From Rebecca billardiae RCC1528 (taxonomy: Eukaryota > Protista > Haptophyta), in the NCBI GenBank assembly GCA_965240325.2, contig OZ251235.1:1116001-1180000 (forward strand): DNA of 64,000 bases, given 5' to 3'. The translations under genes were made by a program, and so were the position numbers. The notes below the pieces were generated by a model that was not told where the DNA came from, did not search any database, and saw only the letters and a program-made list of their open reading frames with translations. Numbering within the stretch: position 1 is the stretch's first letter; every line of letters starts with the position of its first letter. Shown one piece after another: positions 1 through 11,114 of this stretch.

Positions 1-144
1 TAGAGCCCGGACTTAAAAAGTCCGGTATCCATGGAGAAAGAGATGTGCCCGCAGCGGAGGAAGAGCCGACCCAAGGCCTGCCAGTCGTGGGCTGGCCTGG
101 GAGTTTGCTAACACGGCGGCACAGGCAATCGTCATCGTCGGATC

Positions 145-490
145 TGTTCTGAGCAGCAGGTTGGCAAGCACAGCAGAAAAGGTTGGCAAGCACAGCAGAG
201 ACTGCCCCAAACACACAGGTGAGCACTTCTCTCACACGAGCCACAGCGTCGCACGTGCTCGGCAGCGGTCGAGCGGCACACGAAGACAGAAGAGGCAGCA
301 CGAGCAATGGCAACACGAGCGTTCTGACCAACAGGTTCGCAAGCACAGCAGAAACTGCCCCAAACACACGGGCGAGCACCTCTCTCACACGGGTAACAGC
401 CTCGCACGTGCATGGCAGGGGTCGAGCGGTGGCACGAAGACAGAAGAGGCAGAGACAGAAGAGGCAGCACCAGCAGTGGCAACACGAGCG
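145..490. repeat. Imperfect direct repeat, two ~140-157 bp copies (181-321, 334-490) plus a partial copy upstream
   Basis: GGTT(G/C)GCAAGCACAGCAGA.ACTGCCCCAAACACAC...CTCTCACACG...GAAGACAGAAGAGGCAGCAC...GGCAACACGAGCG recurs at about 153 bp spacing. Confidence 0.8.
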
Positions 491-2488
491 GCGACGGTGC
501 GGTGGGACGTGTCAACAATGCCAGCGCGGTGCATGGCACACAGGTCCGTCGCATGGGCACGCACAGCAAGCATCATCCGGGCCGAGCAGCACGCACGCAT
601 GCGTGGGCGCAGTGCCGCGCCTCGTTCACCAAATTATTGGTGGCACGGTGGATCCGACGACGCGGGGTTGGGTTTCGTCCTGATGCGCGCAGTAAATTGA
701 AAATGTGGCGGGAATAACGATATGAATGTGCGCGAAGCTCGTTGCGTTACGACGAAACTAGTCAGCTGGCGACGATGGCGGCGCCGACGCGAGTCTCGAC
801 ACGCACGAGCAGCACGATGTCGCGCCTAGCGCGGCAGGCAGCTGCTCGCACGCTGACGCGACCTCTTCCGTGACTGCCGACACAGCAGCTGCCGAGCCAG
901 CGGGCAGCTCGAGCCACCCCGGCAGCGTGCCGCACGCCATCGCAGGCGTCTCATCCACGGGCATGATGTGCCTGGGCGACCGCCACAGCGAGCGATCCTT
1001 CGCACCGGAGGAGGTCGACTGCCTGCGCACCAAACTGTACGCGCCGTAGGCGGCCGAGGCACAGACGGGAGCGATCCTTGTGCTTGAGACCGGCATGCAG
1101 TACGACTGAGACGACAGGGTCAACCTCATCGGATGCTGGCCAGCTGGGCGCTGATGACGTCTGATCACTGATGCGAGTGCGCGCGCGTCTGAATATGTGT
1201 ACGCACACCTCAATATGCTGATGGCAGCGCTGACGATATACTCTCGCATTAAGATGTCATACTCCACAGTAGCAGTGCCTGGCGTCAGACCCGTCAGTGC
1301 GGAGCGGTTGGCCCGCGGCCGCGCGAAACGGCCGGCGTACCGGCCGCACTGTGAGACATCAGACAGTGAGTGATTCAGACTGCGGCGTTATAATGTCGGG
1401 GCGCACAGACCGATCCTGAGCGTCGCTCGCCACAGCGCGCGAAACATTTCGATCGTCATCATTCATCATTGTCGTTCGTCGCCAGCCACCTTAATGCTGC
1501 TCGCTGCGCTCGCAGCTGATCAGTGATCTGATCTGAGCTCCCAGCTACCCTCCATCACACCTTACGAAGCTGAAGCACCTAGTCACGGGTCCTTGCTCTC
1601 TTGCCGAACCGTGAGGAACCGGAAGCAACCGAGAGGAAGCTGAAAGCAGTGTAATTAAAGCACCTTCACTGGTCCTTGCTCTCTCCAGCTTCATGTTGAC
1701 CGGTTTCCAAGCAACCGGGAGGAACCGAAGCATACGGGGAGGCCAAGGGTGGTCAGGGTCGCCGACTCCAGCGGAGTCCGGCGCCGGAACTTCAGCACCG
1801 ATTTTTTGCGGCGGCGCGGCGTGCGGGGCCGCTGCCGCTGTGGCGGGCCGCTCGGGGCGTGCACGGCGTGGGCTCGTGCGGCCGCTGCCGCGCACGCCGA
1901 GCGATCCGGCGCGGGCTCGCGGCTTGTCGATGGCCTCGCGCGCCGCAGCGCGGCGCGCGCCTTGCCTAGCTTCGCCTGTCTCGCGCCTTGGCCGCCGTGC
2001 ACGCGTGCGCCGCCAAACCGCAAGCTCGGCATAGCTCTCAGCCGAGCGTGCACGTGCCTTGCGCGACGCGACGCGGGCATTGCCAGCGGGCGATGTAGCC
2101 GTAGTGCGAGCCGACCACGCGCCGCATCCACTGGGAGATCCGCGGCCGCAAGGAGCGCGCGCCTTTGGCGAGGGCGCCCGCGATCCCGCATCCCGGCCCG
2201 GGGCGGTCCGGCACTGCTTGTTTGGTGTTGTCCGGCTTCCTCAGCTCATTCATCACTCCAGCTCATCATCACTGCGCACCGATCTCATGAAGGGAGCGAG
2301 CAACCGGAGGAGGCTGAAGCACCTTCGTGGCAAGGCGGTCCTTGCTCTCTTGCCGAACCGTGAGGAACCGGAAGCAACCACCCGTTCCACGGGGTGTTGT
2401 TCTGCCGCCAGGCGCCCCGCTGGTGGCGGACTGGCGGAAGGATGGCGAACAGGTGGGCGCGTGGCCGACGTGCGGACCGAGATATGCG

Positions 2489-3494
2489 TGACTTGGGCGG
2501 CGCGCGCCGCGCGGGCGGGATGGCTCGGACCCATGCGCGCCTTTGAGCGCCCGGCGACCGCGCGCGCATCGGCTTCCTCCGCCTGCAAGTCGCCCGCGCC
2601 CGCGGCGGCCGCCCGCTTCGAGTGGGTTGACTGCGCCCGAGTCTGCTCGCGGCCGAGCGCAGGGATGAGTTGAGCGCGGCGCGAGGCGGCGATCACGATC
2701 GGGCGATCGCATGCGCCCATCTGCGCCCTATTTGCCACGGCGCGACAGCTTCAGCGTGCGTATGTGACCCCACTTGTCAGGCATGTCGGGGAGCGGGTGA
2801 GCTCTGTCGGCCAGCGTGTCCGCCCGCGCCGCGTGCGCGAAGGGCTCTACGCGTCGGATGTCGCTCCGTGGCGTCTCGTGATGTCTTCGCTACGCAAGCT
2901 GGCGGGCACGGTTGGTCCGCATCCGTAGTCATGGGGACGTCCACTGATGCTGTGTGCACCACTGTGACAGAACTCAAGAAGCAACTTCTTCTCGACCAGA
3001 GTTGTCGTCAGCATTGACGCACGTTGCGAGCTGGCAGAGCAGTGGATGGCATGACCTTGGTGGCCCACGCGGGGCTGTACACGGTCATGGCCATGCACTG
3101 ATGCCGGTTGTGACGTGTTTCCGCGTCGTATGGCCCTGTGCGCACGCGGCGCGGGCGGACACACTGGCCGACGGTGCTCGCCTGCTACCCGACATCCCTG
3201 ACAAGTGGGGTGACATACGCACGCTGAAGCGGTCGCGCCGTGGCAGATGGGGCGCATATGGGCGCACACGATCGCCCGATCACGATCGCCGCCTCGCGCC
3301 GCGCTCGACTCATCCCTGCGCTCGGCGGCGAGCAGGCTCGGGCGCAGTCAACCCACTCGAAGCGGGCGGCGGTCGCGGCCGCGGGCGACTCGCAGGCGGA
3401 GGAAGCCGATGCGCGCGCGGTCGCCGGGCGCTCGAAGGCACGCATGGGCCCGAGCCACCTCGCCAGCGCGGCGCGCGCCGCCAACAGCAAGTCA
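2489..3494. mobile_element. Decayed foldback element: ~360-bp imperfect inverted repeats (2489-~2850, ~3127-3494) with a ~275-bp spacer
   Basis: The reverse complement of 3127-3494 aligns by eye with 2489-2850. The ORF track shows the mirrored peptides WLGPMRAFERPATARASASSAC on opposite strands. Confidence 0.75.
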
Positions 3495-3587
3495 TCGACA
3501 GCAGAGCGCGTGGAACGCCGCGACGTCGACGTCGCCCGCCCGCCCCCGCCCCTTCTCAACGGCCGCGGCCCCGCGTGCTCCCACTGT

Positions 3588-3636
3588 GGTCCGGGAGCTC
3601 AAAAGGTGCAACTTGCACCTTTTGAGCTCCCGGACC
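3588..3636. repeat. Perfect 24-bp inverted repeat with a 1-nt centre
   Basis: GGTCCGGGAGCTCAAAAGGTGCAA-C-TTGCACCTTTTGAGCTCCCGGACC. Confidence 0.95.
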
Positions 3637-4128
3637 GTGTCCGAACTAATCGCCTTTCTGGAACGGGTGGCGAGAGGAAGCTGAAAGCAGTGTGAAGCAC
3701 CTTCACTGGTCCTTGCTCTCTCCAGCTTCATGTTGACCGGTTTCCAAGCTAAACCGGGAGGAACCGGTTGGAAGCATACGGGGAGGCTCGCTTATTAGTC
3801 GCTTTCGCCTTTCATGATTCATCGGCTTCCGTGTGTTCATCATCAGCAGCTGTTCATCATCGGTTCAGAACTTGATCAGTTGGTGCCCAGTACACATGTA
3901 AGCGGTACCGCACCAAGGCAGCCCCTGACCGTACAGTAGCCACTCCATCCCTTGAATCATCATCATCATCACATTTCTTGCTGTTACCGCGGACGTAGCT
4001 GGGGGAGTCGACTGCTGACAGATTGCACGAAAAAACCGTTGGCCCCAATTGGGATCTGACTAAACTGAATTCCTCGGGATACCTATTGGAAGGCCATCAA
4101 CTTTGTAAGAATCACCGGACTTCGCGTG

Positions 4129-5015
4129 TTTTTTAAATTCCCCTTTATAACGGGCTCCGGGTGATCAGACTGGCGGCCGAAGCCTCCAGCCCTACCCTGG
4201 CCAGCCCCCAACCAACCACCACCCTCACCCAACCTCAAACCACTGACCGATACACCGAGTGCCTTGACACCACTCCGCTGTGGACAGCCCGCCTCCAGAG
4301 GGGGCGGGGGTATGCCATTGCCGACAGCATACAAGCCCAACACTGTGGGGTGGTCCCAGGTACCAGCAGTGCACTGCCTTGCAATTCGAGATCATCGAGT
4401 TTGAGCCGAGTCGGCAGACTGGGCACCCCCTAGGGCGCCCCAGTGTGGGCAGAGGGCCAGCCACTAGCCGATCCCTGCGCGGGGGAGGGGACGGAGGGGG
4501 CTGTCAGCGAGCCCAGTAGCTGGGCCGGGGTCTGGGCCACTGGTCCTGGCAGTGAGGCGCCTGTATTTCACTCGTGCTGCTATGGAGGCAGATGGTGTCA
4601 TGTCAGACATGTGTGCGATATCGGGCATCAAGTCAGGGCGTGGGCCGCTGTAGGACGCAAGCAGAGTGGTGGCGATGGCTAATACGCCTGGGGAGGTGTC
4701 GTTTGCGCGCCTCTTTCTGCTGCTCTTTGCAGGGGGTTGCATACTTCGTTGCGCAGGCTGAGCCTGCCTGCCAGTTGGTGTTAGGATAGGCACATTTGCC
4801 TGGTGGGGTGGGCAGTGTCGTTTGGGCGGGGGGCCTGTCTTGCTGAGCTTGACTAGGAGGAGGCAGCCTGCGCCTGGGGGCTGCCAGTGTCTTGGCAGAG
4901 CCAGCAGGTGGCTGTGTGGCCTGCTGTCCAGTGTCTGACTGTGTAATGCCGTTGTGAGCTCCGTGACCAGTGCGACTGCCCGCAGCAGGGTCTGCCTCAA
5001 TCTCAGGGCCCCCAT
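4129..5015 (-). mobile_element. 3' portion of a poly(A)-tailed non-LTR retroposon (longest copy of the family); 5' boundary approximate
   Basis: A T6 tract is followed by AAATTCCCCTTTATAACGGGCTCCGGGTGATCAGACTGG..., identical to 8878-9002. Composition up to ~5015 is CpG-poorer than host genes. No RT motifs seen. Confidence 0.6.
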
Positions 5016-5060
5016 GTGTCAACACATTGTCCGACGGACGCACATCCTACCGGAAAACTC

Positions 5061-5272
5061 GCTCCGCTCGCATGCTTGTTCTTACCAGGGGCGTTCCCCG
5101 CATCGGTCATACGCCAAATTGAACCGTCTTCCTATTGGAACGGGCTTCGTCCATTTGAAGCGGGTACATTGAATACGGAAAAAGGCAAAGCCCCCCCAGG
5201 GGGGGCTTTGCTTTTCGGGAGCGTGTGGCAGGATCCCGGGAACGCCCTTGGAACAACCAATGCGAGCGGGGC
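5061..5272. mobile_element. Small MITE-like element with imperfect ~35-bp inverted ends and an internal perfect 13-bp hairpin (5185-5211)
   Basis: GCTCCGCTCGCATGCTTGTTCTTACCAGGGGCGTTCCC vs GGGAACGCCCTTGGAACAACCAATGCGAGCGGGGC; internal GCAAAGCCCCCCC-A-GGGGGGGCTTTGC. No TSD identified. Confidence 0.45.
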
Positions 5273-5389
5273 TCGCGATCATAACTACACAAAAGATGAT
5301 CGCGGCGCCGACGAGCAAGGGAGCGCCATCAAGCCATGCCCACCAGCGTGCCGACCGGCGCGCGGCATGCCGAGGGTGTCGCGCTCGTG

Positions 5390-8300
5390 ATGATTCTGCT
5401 GGTGTCGGGCGCGGCTGGCGTAACTCTCGAGTCCAGCACCGAGTACACGGCCTGCATCGCCAACAAGGCGACGTGCACAGACCTCGATGTGCGTGTCGGC
5501 TGTCGCGCGCGCGCTAGCCGCCCCCGCGCCCATCGGGCCACCGCGCCACCGCGCGGCCAACGTTGGCTCATGGCGCGAGCTAGCGAGCGGCAATGCCGCA
5601 CATGCATACGACGACGCTCGTCATGCGCAGCTGCGACGAGCGATCACGCGCTCGCGGCCTCGCACGGTCGCACTGGACTGCAGTGGTCGCCTGCTGTCCC
5701 GGCGTCCCGCACGGGGTCCCAGCTCTCGCCGTTTATTCGGCTGCCTGTTGTACACTTGCACGGCTAGGCCTCGTGCGTGACACACCGGCTCACTACTGCA
5801 CCGTCGCCCACCACGTGCGACTCGCGGCGCGCACGGCGCGTGCGCGCAGGTGCCCGAGGAAGACTTCTCGGGCACGATCCCAACCGAAATTGGTACGCTG
5901 TTTGCCCTCACCTATCTGTACGCGCACGGCGCGGCGCGCGTACGGCCAGCCAGCCAGCGTGCAGCAGCGCGTCCGGCGCCGCGTCGTCACAGACAGATGT
6001 CCGATCGAGCCTGAGGTGCGCGCCACGGGCGCACGCTTTCCGCGCAGGGACATGGAGTACAACCTGCTCTCTCTCACCATCCCGTCTGAAATCGGCCAGC
6101 TTACGAGGTTGGACACATTGTACGGCAGTACGGCACCGGCGCCAAACTCCCGGTCTCTACGACCACGCATGCCAATGGCCGCCGCCGCCGAGCCGAGCAC
6201 AGCGCACGCCGCGCTGCGCTCGCCTGACGGGCAGCTGAGGGGAACGACGCGTGTGCGCTTACGCGGCTCGCCCGTCCTTCCGTTTGCACTGCACGCGCAC
6301 GCCGCTCGCCGCGCAGGGATCTGAGCGACATGGATTCGCTCACTGGCACCATCCCGACTGAGTTCGGCCTGCTGACTGGGCTTGGTTATTGGTGCGTTGC
6401 GTGCGCGGCCAGCGCCATCGGCGGGTGCTGGAGGTGCCCTCGCTAGTGCTGGTGCACGGCTGCAGTAGTGTGCGCTGACACGACTGGAGAATTGACGAGG
6501 TGGGCTGCCGTGCGCTCGCGCGCAGGGATGTGAGCTGGATGAATTCCCTCGAAGGCACCCTCCCAACGGAGATCGGCGAGTTGACCGCGATGACGACTTT
6601 GTATGCGCTGCGCTCGCGCAATGCCCGGGACCAGCCATGGCAGGTGATGTGCGGGCGCGCCTGCGCGCTGACCTCACGCTGGGCCACTGCTGCTGCTGCT
6701 GCTGCCTGCTGCGTGCCCACCACTGCCTCGGCGCTGCTCGCCGCGCAGCTATCAGGAGAGATGCGCCTCGTTGGCGGGCACCCTTCCCACCGAGATTGGC
6801 GGGATGACGGTGGTCCGTAAGACCTTGTGCGCGCGCACGCCCGACGACCGATGCTCGCTGCTTTGGTCGCCAGCCAAGCGGGCACACAGCGCCGCGCACG
6901 CCCTGCCAAGCCTGACCGCCTGCTCGCGTGCGCCGTGCATCAATGCGGTTGCACTCCACTCCTTGCTGCGCAGCTTTGACGATACCTTGCTCTCTGGCAC
7001 CCTCCCAACGGAGATCGGCCTCATGGCGGCTCTGACGGAGATGTACGCGCGGCCAGGGGCGGTGGCGCTTGCGCGATGGGCCGTGTCCGCGCGCCCCGGT
7101 GATCCGAAGCCGCGCCGCACTTGCTGCCCCCGCTGCTGACGCTCCCGCGTGTACGGTGGCGCCCCCGCCCCGTCGCCGCGCGTCGGCGCCATCGACACTC
7201 GCAGGGATGTCTCCTCTACGGAGATGTGGCATCCGGGCGGCACGCACGGCTACCCTGTCGTGACGCCGGCGACTCTCCCAGACGCACCACCGCCGGCGCC
7301 GCCGCCCTCGCCGCCGCCGCCCTCGCCGCCGCCCCCGCCGCCCTCGCCGCCGCCGCCCTCGCCACCGCCCTCGCCGCCGCCCTCACCGCCGCCCTCGCCG
7401 CCACCCTCGCCGCCGCCGCCCTCACCGCCGCCCTCGCCGCCGCCGCCCTCGCCGCCGCCCTCGCCGCCGCCCTCGCCGCCGCCCTCGCCGCCGCCCTCAC
7501 CGCCGCCCCCGCCGCCGCCCTCGCCGCCGCCCTCGCCGCCGCCCTCGCCGCCGCCCTCGCCGCCGCCCTCGCCGCCGCCCTCGCCGCCGCCCTCGCCGCC
7601 GCCCTCGCCGCCGCCCTCACCACCGCCCCCACCGCCGCCCTCGCCGCCGCCCTCGCCGCCGCCCTCTCCACCACCCTCGCCGCCGCCCTCGCCGCCGCCC
7701 TCGCCGCCGCCCTCGCCGCCGCCCTCGCCGCCGCCGCCCTCGCCGCCGCCCCCGCCGCCGCCCTCGCCGCCGCCCTCGCCGCCGCCCCCGCCGCCGCCCT
7801 CGCCGCCGCCCTCGCCGCCGCCCTCGCCGCCGCCCTCGCCACCGCCCTCGCCCCCGCCCCCACCGCCGCCCTCGCCGCCGCCCTCGCCGCCGCCCTCACC
7901 GCCGCCCTCGCCGCCGCCGCCGTCACCGCCGCCGATGCCGCCTCCGCTGGAAGTGTGCAGAGCCTTTTGCTTCTACGCGGTGCGCCCTGCGTGCCTGGCG
8001 GGGCGGGCGCGAGCGCCAAGGCACCGTCCATCGCGCCGTGCACGCGTGATGGCGCTCGCTCCTGTGCGCCGCACGCCGCCGCTACTCTGCGCGCACTGAC
8101 GACCCCTGCTGCCGGCCACCGCGCGCTGCCGGCCCCGCGCGCGGCGTGCGCAGATCGTCGGGTCCGCCGCGAGGTTCCTGATCAAGTCCCGCCTGCAGGG
8201 CCTGCAGGGCCGCGCCCTCGGCTCGCTGTCGGACAGCGACCTCCAAGACGGCCTCGAGCTCTCGGCAGGCACGCCGTCGTCGTCCTGGGTGAGCGGGCCC

Positions 8301-8510
8301 GCCGCATCGTCAGCCGAGCACTTCATGCCAGCACTCTCGGCGGCGATGGCAACGGCCGCGGCCGTGATCACGCTCGCGGTGCTGTCGGCGGCGGCTGCAG
8401 CGCTAGTCGTGACACGTGCCTCTCGCCGTCGACGCGCGACAAGCAGCGACGCCGCAGCTGCGTCGTCACTGATGCCATCGATGGCGCCTGCGCCAGGCGG
8501 CCAATGCTGA
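5390..8510 (+). CDS. LRR receptor-like type-I membrane protein: signal, Cys cap, ~6 plant-type LRRs, Ser-Pro stalk, TM, short tail; 9 exons
   Basis: Exons 5390-5488, 5850-5917, 6048-6119, 6317-6391, 6526-6600, 6749-6826, 6974-7042, 7205-7952, 8154-8510 join in frame at GT-AG. Each small exon encodes a (L/F)xGT(I/L)PTEIGxL-type repeat. The last exon has AAAVITLAVLSAAAAALVVT followed by RASRRRR. Start could be 5336. Confidence 0.8.
7289..7935 (+). repeat. Coding minisatellite (TCGCCGCCGCCC)n encoding extensin/pherophorin-like SPPP/SPPPP
   Basis: A 12/15-bp tandem unit translates to (SPPP)n in ORF 7149..8099. Confidence 0.95.
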
Positions 8511-8866
8511 GCGCGCGCGCTGAGCTCGCTGACATCTCAACCGGCTCACGGTCTGAGTTTTGCGGCGGGGCTGCAACCAATCACTGCACACTCGCAGCCC
8601 GCGCGGGCGCGGCGGCGCGCGGCCGGGCCGGGGCCCGTCATGGCGTCATGAATCTCGCCTGCCTGAGCTGTGTGCGTCTCTTATTCTTAGTAAACTGTAG
8701 TCACCGCCCATGCGGCCCGCTGCCGCCTGGTGGCCACTGCTGGCGCACGACTGCTGCCAGAACACGACAGGTGATCTGAGTAGCACTACAGACTCAGACA
8801 GCAGATGATCTAGCAGTATTATCATAAGCTGCTACTACTAGTAGACTCTTGTACAGAAAGTCAGAC

Positions 8867-9002
8867 TTTTTTTTTTTAAATTCCCCTTTATAACGGGCTC
8901 CGGGTGATCAGACTGGCGGCCGAAGCCTCCAGCCCTACCCTGGCCAGCCCCCAACCAACCACCACCCTCACCCAACCTCAAACCACTGACCGATACACCG
9001 AG
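8867..9002 (-). mobile_element. 5'-truncated copy of the poly(A) retroposon with a 5-bp TSD
   Basis: T11 plus 125 bp identical to 4135-4259; flanked by CAGAC at 8862-8866 and 9003-9007. Confidence 0.8.
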
Positions 9003-9116
9003 CAGACGACGAATGAAGTCTCCTGCTGCGCTGGGGAGATGGTGATCTCGTCGTCAGCGAGGCGCGACGTGTCGGAAGGAGTGTCATCGACATCATCGCG
9101 TGCGCGTCAATTGAGA

Positions 9117-10826
9117 ATGGCGTCCGCGCCGGCGGCGGATGGCCCGCCGCAGGTCACTCAGCCGTTGCCGGCGGCCGCGCCATCGAGATCGTCCTCCTCG
9201 TCTGCTGGCCGCGATGGCGACGACCCAGCCCCACTCTGCGTGCGCGGAGCCAACATCCCGCTCCTCATCACCATCTGCGGTGTGGGCGACGCGACCTACA
9301 TGTCCCTCAGTCCGTTCTATCCGCAGGTGGCTCGGCGCATCGGCATCTCGACAACGACGACGGGCGTGATCTTCTCCTGCTTCATGTGGGGCGGGATCTT
9401 CTTCTCGCCGCTTGCCACGCGGCTCAGCCGCACGACCAGCCCGCGGCTGCTGCTCTCGACGTCCGTGCTCGCGCAGGCGGCGCTCACCGCGTGCTTCGCG
9501 CTCGCCCCGCTGCTCAGCAACCGCGAGCAGTTCTTCGCGCTGTGCTTCGGCGTGCGCATCGTGCAGGGGTGCGTGTGCACCGTGTACGAGGTCGCGGTGA
9601 GCAGCCTGATCATGTGCTCCACGCAGCCCGAACGCGTGGGCGCGCTCCTCGGCCTGCAAGAGGCGGCGCGGGGCGTCGGCCTCATGGTCGGCCCGGCCGT
9701 CGGCGGGCTGCTCTTCGCCGTCGGCGGGTTCGCGCTGCCGTTCGTCGCGTCGGCGGCGGCGCTGCTGTTGCTTGGCCTCGCCGTGCTCACGGTCCTCGAG
9801 CCGGGCAGCGGCTCCGCCAGCGAGAACACGGCGGAGCACGCCACCATCCTCGAGATTGTGCGCCAGCCGCCGATCGCCGTCACGACCGCCCTCCTGATTG
9901 CGCTCGCGATGGCGCTGTCCGTGCTCGACCCGATCCTCGCGCCGCACGTGGAGGACACGTTCCACCTGCAGCCGTCGTCGATCGGGCTGATCTTCGCATC
10001 GGCCACCATCTCGTACGCGCTGTGCTCACCCCTCGTCGGCCCGATCGGCAACCGCGTGGGCAACTTTGCCGTGCTGGTGGTTGGCTGCATCATCTCCGCC
10101 CTTGCGCTCTTTGCGCTCGGGCCGACGACGTGGCTGCCGGCAGGATGGCTGCCGCGGCGCGTGTGGTTGCTCGCGGCGTCGATGGTCGTGCTGGGCATCG
10201 GCGCGAGCGCGCTCACCTGCGCCGTCCCGTGCATGCTCGAGATCGCGCGCCGCCGGGGCTACGAGATCGAGGCCGTCTCGGACGTGGTGGGCGGCCTGCT
10301 CTCGTTCGCGTGGTCTGTGGGCGCGGTCGTCGGGCCTCTGTATGGCTCGGCGCTGTACGAGGCGGCTGGGTTTGCAAACGCGATGAGCGCGACGGCCGTG
10401 ATGCTGCTCGTGCTCACCGCGCTCGGCGTGCTCGTCTTCAACTGCACCGGCGTGCCCGCCTGCGGACCCATCTACGTCGAGGGCGGCTCAGATCAGGCGT
10501 CCGACGCGCCGACGGCGGCGCCGTCCGCCGAGCCGGCTGAGCCTGGGAGCGGGCGGAGACGAGGCGAGGACGGCATGGGTGCGGGCGCGCGCGCGCGCAC
10601 GACGCAGCGCCCGTGGTGGGCGCCCTGGCGCTCGAGCAAGTGGCGGCGTCGGCGCGACGCGGCGGCCGAGGCGTGCCTCCCGGCCGCGCTGAGTGAGCCG
10701 CTGCTCGACCCGATCGCGACCGACGTCAGCGGGGACGAGAGGGACGACGAGGAAGGCGCGGACCCTGAGGCCGCGGCGCGTCGACGTCCGTCGCCACCTC
10801 GTCCGCATTCGCATCAACGACTCTGA
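9117..10826 (+). CDS. MFS transporter, 12 TM, SLC18B1-like
   Basis: About 12 hydrophobic segments; SLSPFYPQVA, VRIVQG, ERVGALLGLQEAARGVGLMVGPAVGGLLFAVGGFALPF, SVGAVVGPLYGS. Intronless; alternative start at 9039. Confidence 0.85.
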   Translation: MASAPAADGPPQVTQPLPAAAPSRSSSSSAGRDGDDPAPLCVRGANIPLLITICGVGDATYMSLSPFYPQVARRIGISTTTTGVIFSCFMWGGIFFSPLATRLSRTTSPRLLLSTSVLAQAALTACFALAPLLSNREQFFALCFGVRIVQGCVCTVYEVAVSSLIMCSTQPERVGALLGLQEAARGVGLMVGPAVGGLLFAVGGFALPFVASAAALLLLGLAVLTVLEPGSGSASENTAEHATILEIVRQPPIAVTTALLIALAMALSVLDPILAPHVEDTFHLQPSSIGLIFASATISYALCSPLVGPIGNRVGNFAVLVVGCIISALALFALGPTTWLPAGWLPRRVWLLAASMVVLGIGASALTCAVPCMLEIARRRGYEIEAVSDVVGGLLSFAWSVGAVVGPLYGSALYEAAGFANAMSATAVMLLVLTALGVLVFNCTGVPACGPIYVEGGSDQASDAPTAAPSAEPAEPGSGRRRGEDGMGAGARARTTQRPWWAPWRSSKWRRRRDAAAEACLPAALSEPLLDPIATDVSGDERDDEEGADPEAAARRRPSPPRPHSHQRL

Positions 10827-11114
10827 ACTCTGACGACGCTACGATCGGTGACAATGATGATGCTAACTACGCGACAGTAGCAGCGCATATATTAATACCG
10901 CCTGCTGATTCGGATGTAGCACAGCACTAGCTATATCAACTATATTAATATATATATATATATATATAGAGTCGTCACGCTATATACTGCTATTACTATC
11001 GTGTCGTCAGGCGGCGTATTCCGAAATATCTGTAACTATGATTGCGTATAAGCAGTAGTGCTGTAATATCGTTGGCAACGACTGCTCGTCGTATCCGATC
11101 ATCTCTGACTTTCG

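Larger units (their letters stand above)
1566..3787. repeat. Dispersed subterminal-like direct repeats (1566-1743, 2311-2379, 3672-3787) of a decayed DNA element
   Basis: AAGCACCTTCACTGGTCCTTGCTCTCTCCAGCTTCATGTTGACCGGTTTCCAAGC...GAAGCATACGGGGAGGC at ~1658-1743 and ~3696-3787; GGTCCTTGCTCTCTTGCCGAACCGTGAGGAACCGGAAGCAACC at ~1588-1630 and ~2337-2379. Confidence 0.75.

Noticed and set aside
758-1267. 169-aa minus-strand ORF
   Set aside because: No recognisable domain, non-ATG start, TE-rich surroundings.
5185-5216. Hairpin plus T-run as a rho-independent terminator
   Set aside because: Eukaryotic nuclear context; it lies inside a MITE-like element.
5684-5757. Extra LRR exon in the long first intron
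   Set aside because: No LRR consensus, non-canonical donor, and phase incompatible with the next exon.
7121-8779. Poly-Ala/Leu ORF and antisense Ala/Arg ORF
   Set aside because: These are alternative frames of the SPPP minisatellite; splice phases support the Pro frame.
8904-9116. N-terminal extension MIRLAAEASSPTLASPQ... on the MFS ORF
   Set aside because: It begins at GTG inside the retroposon copy and the same peptide appears at 4161; it is an ORF-caller artefact.
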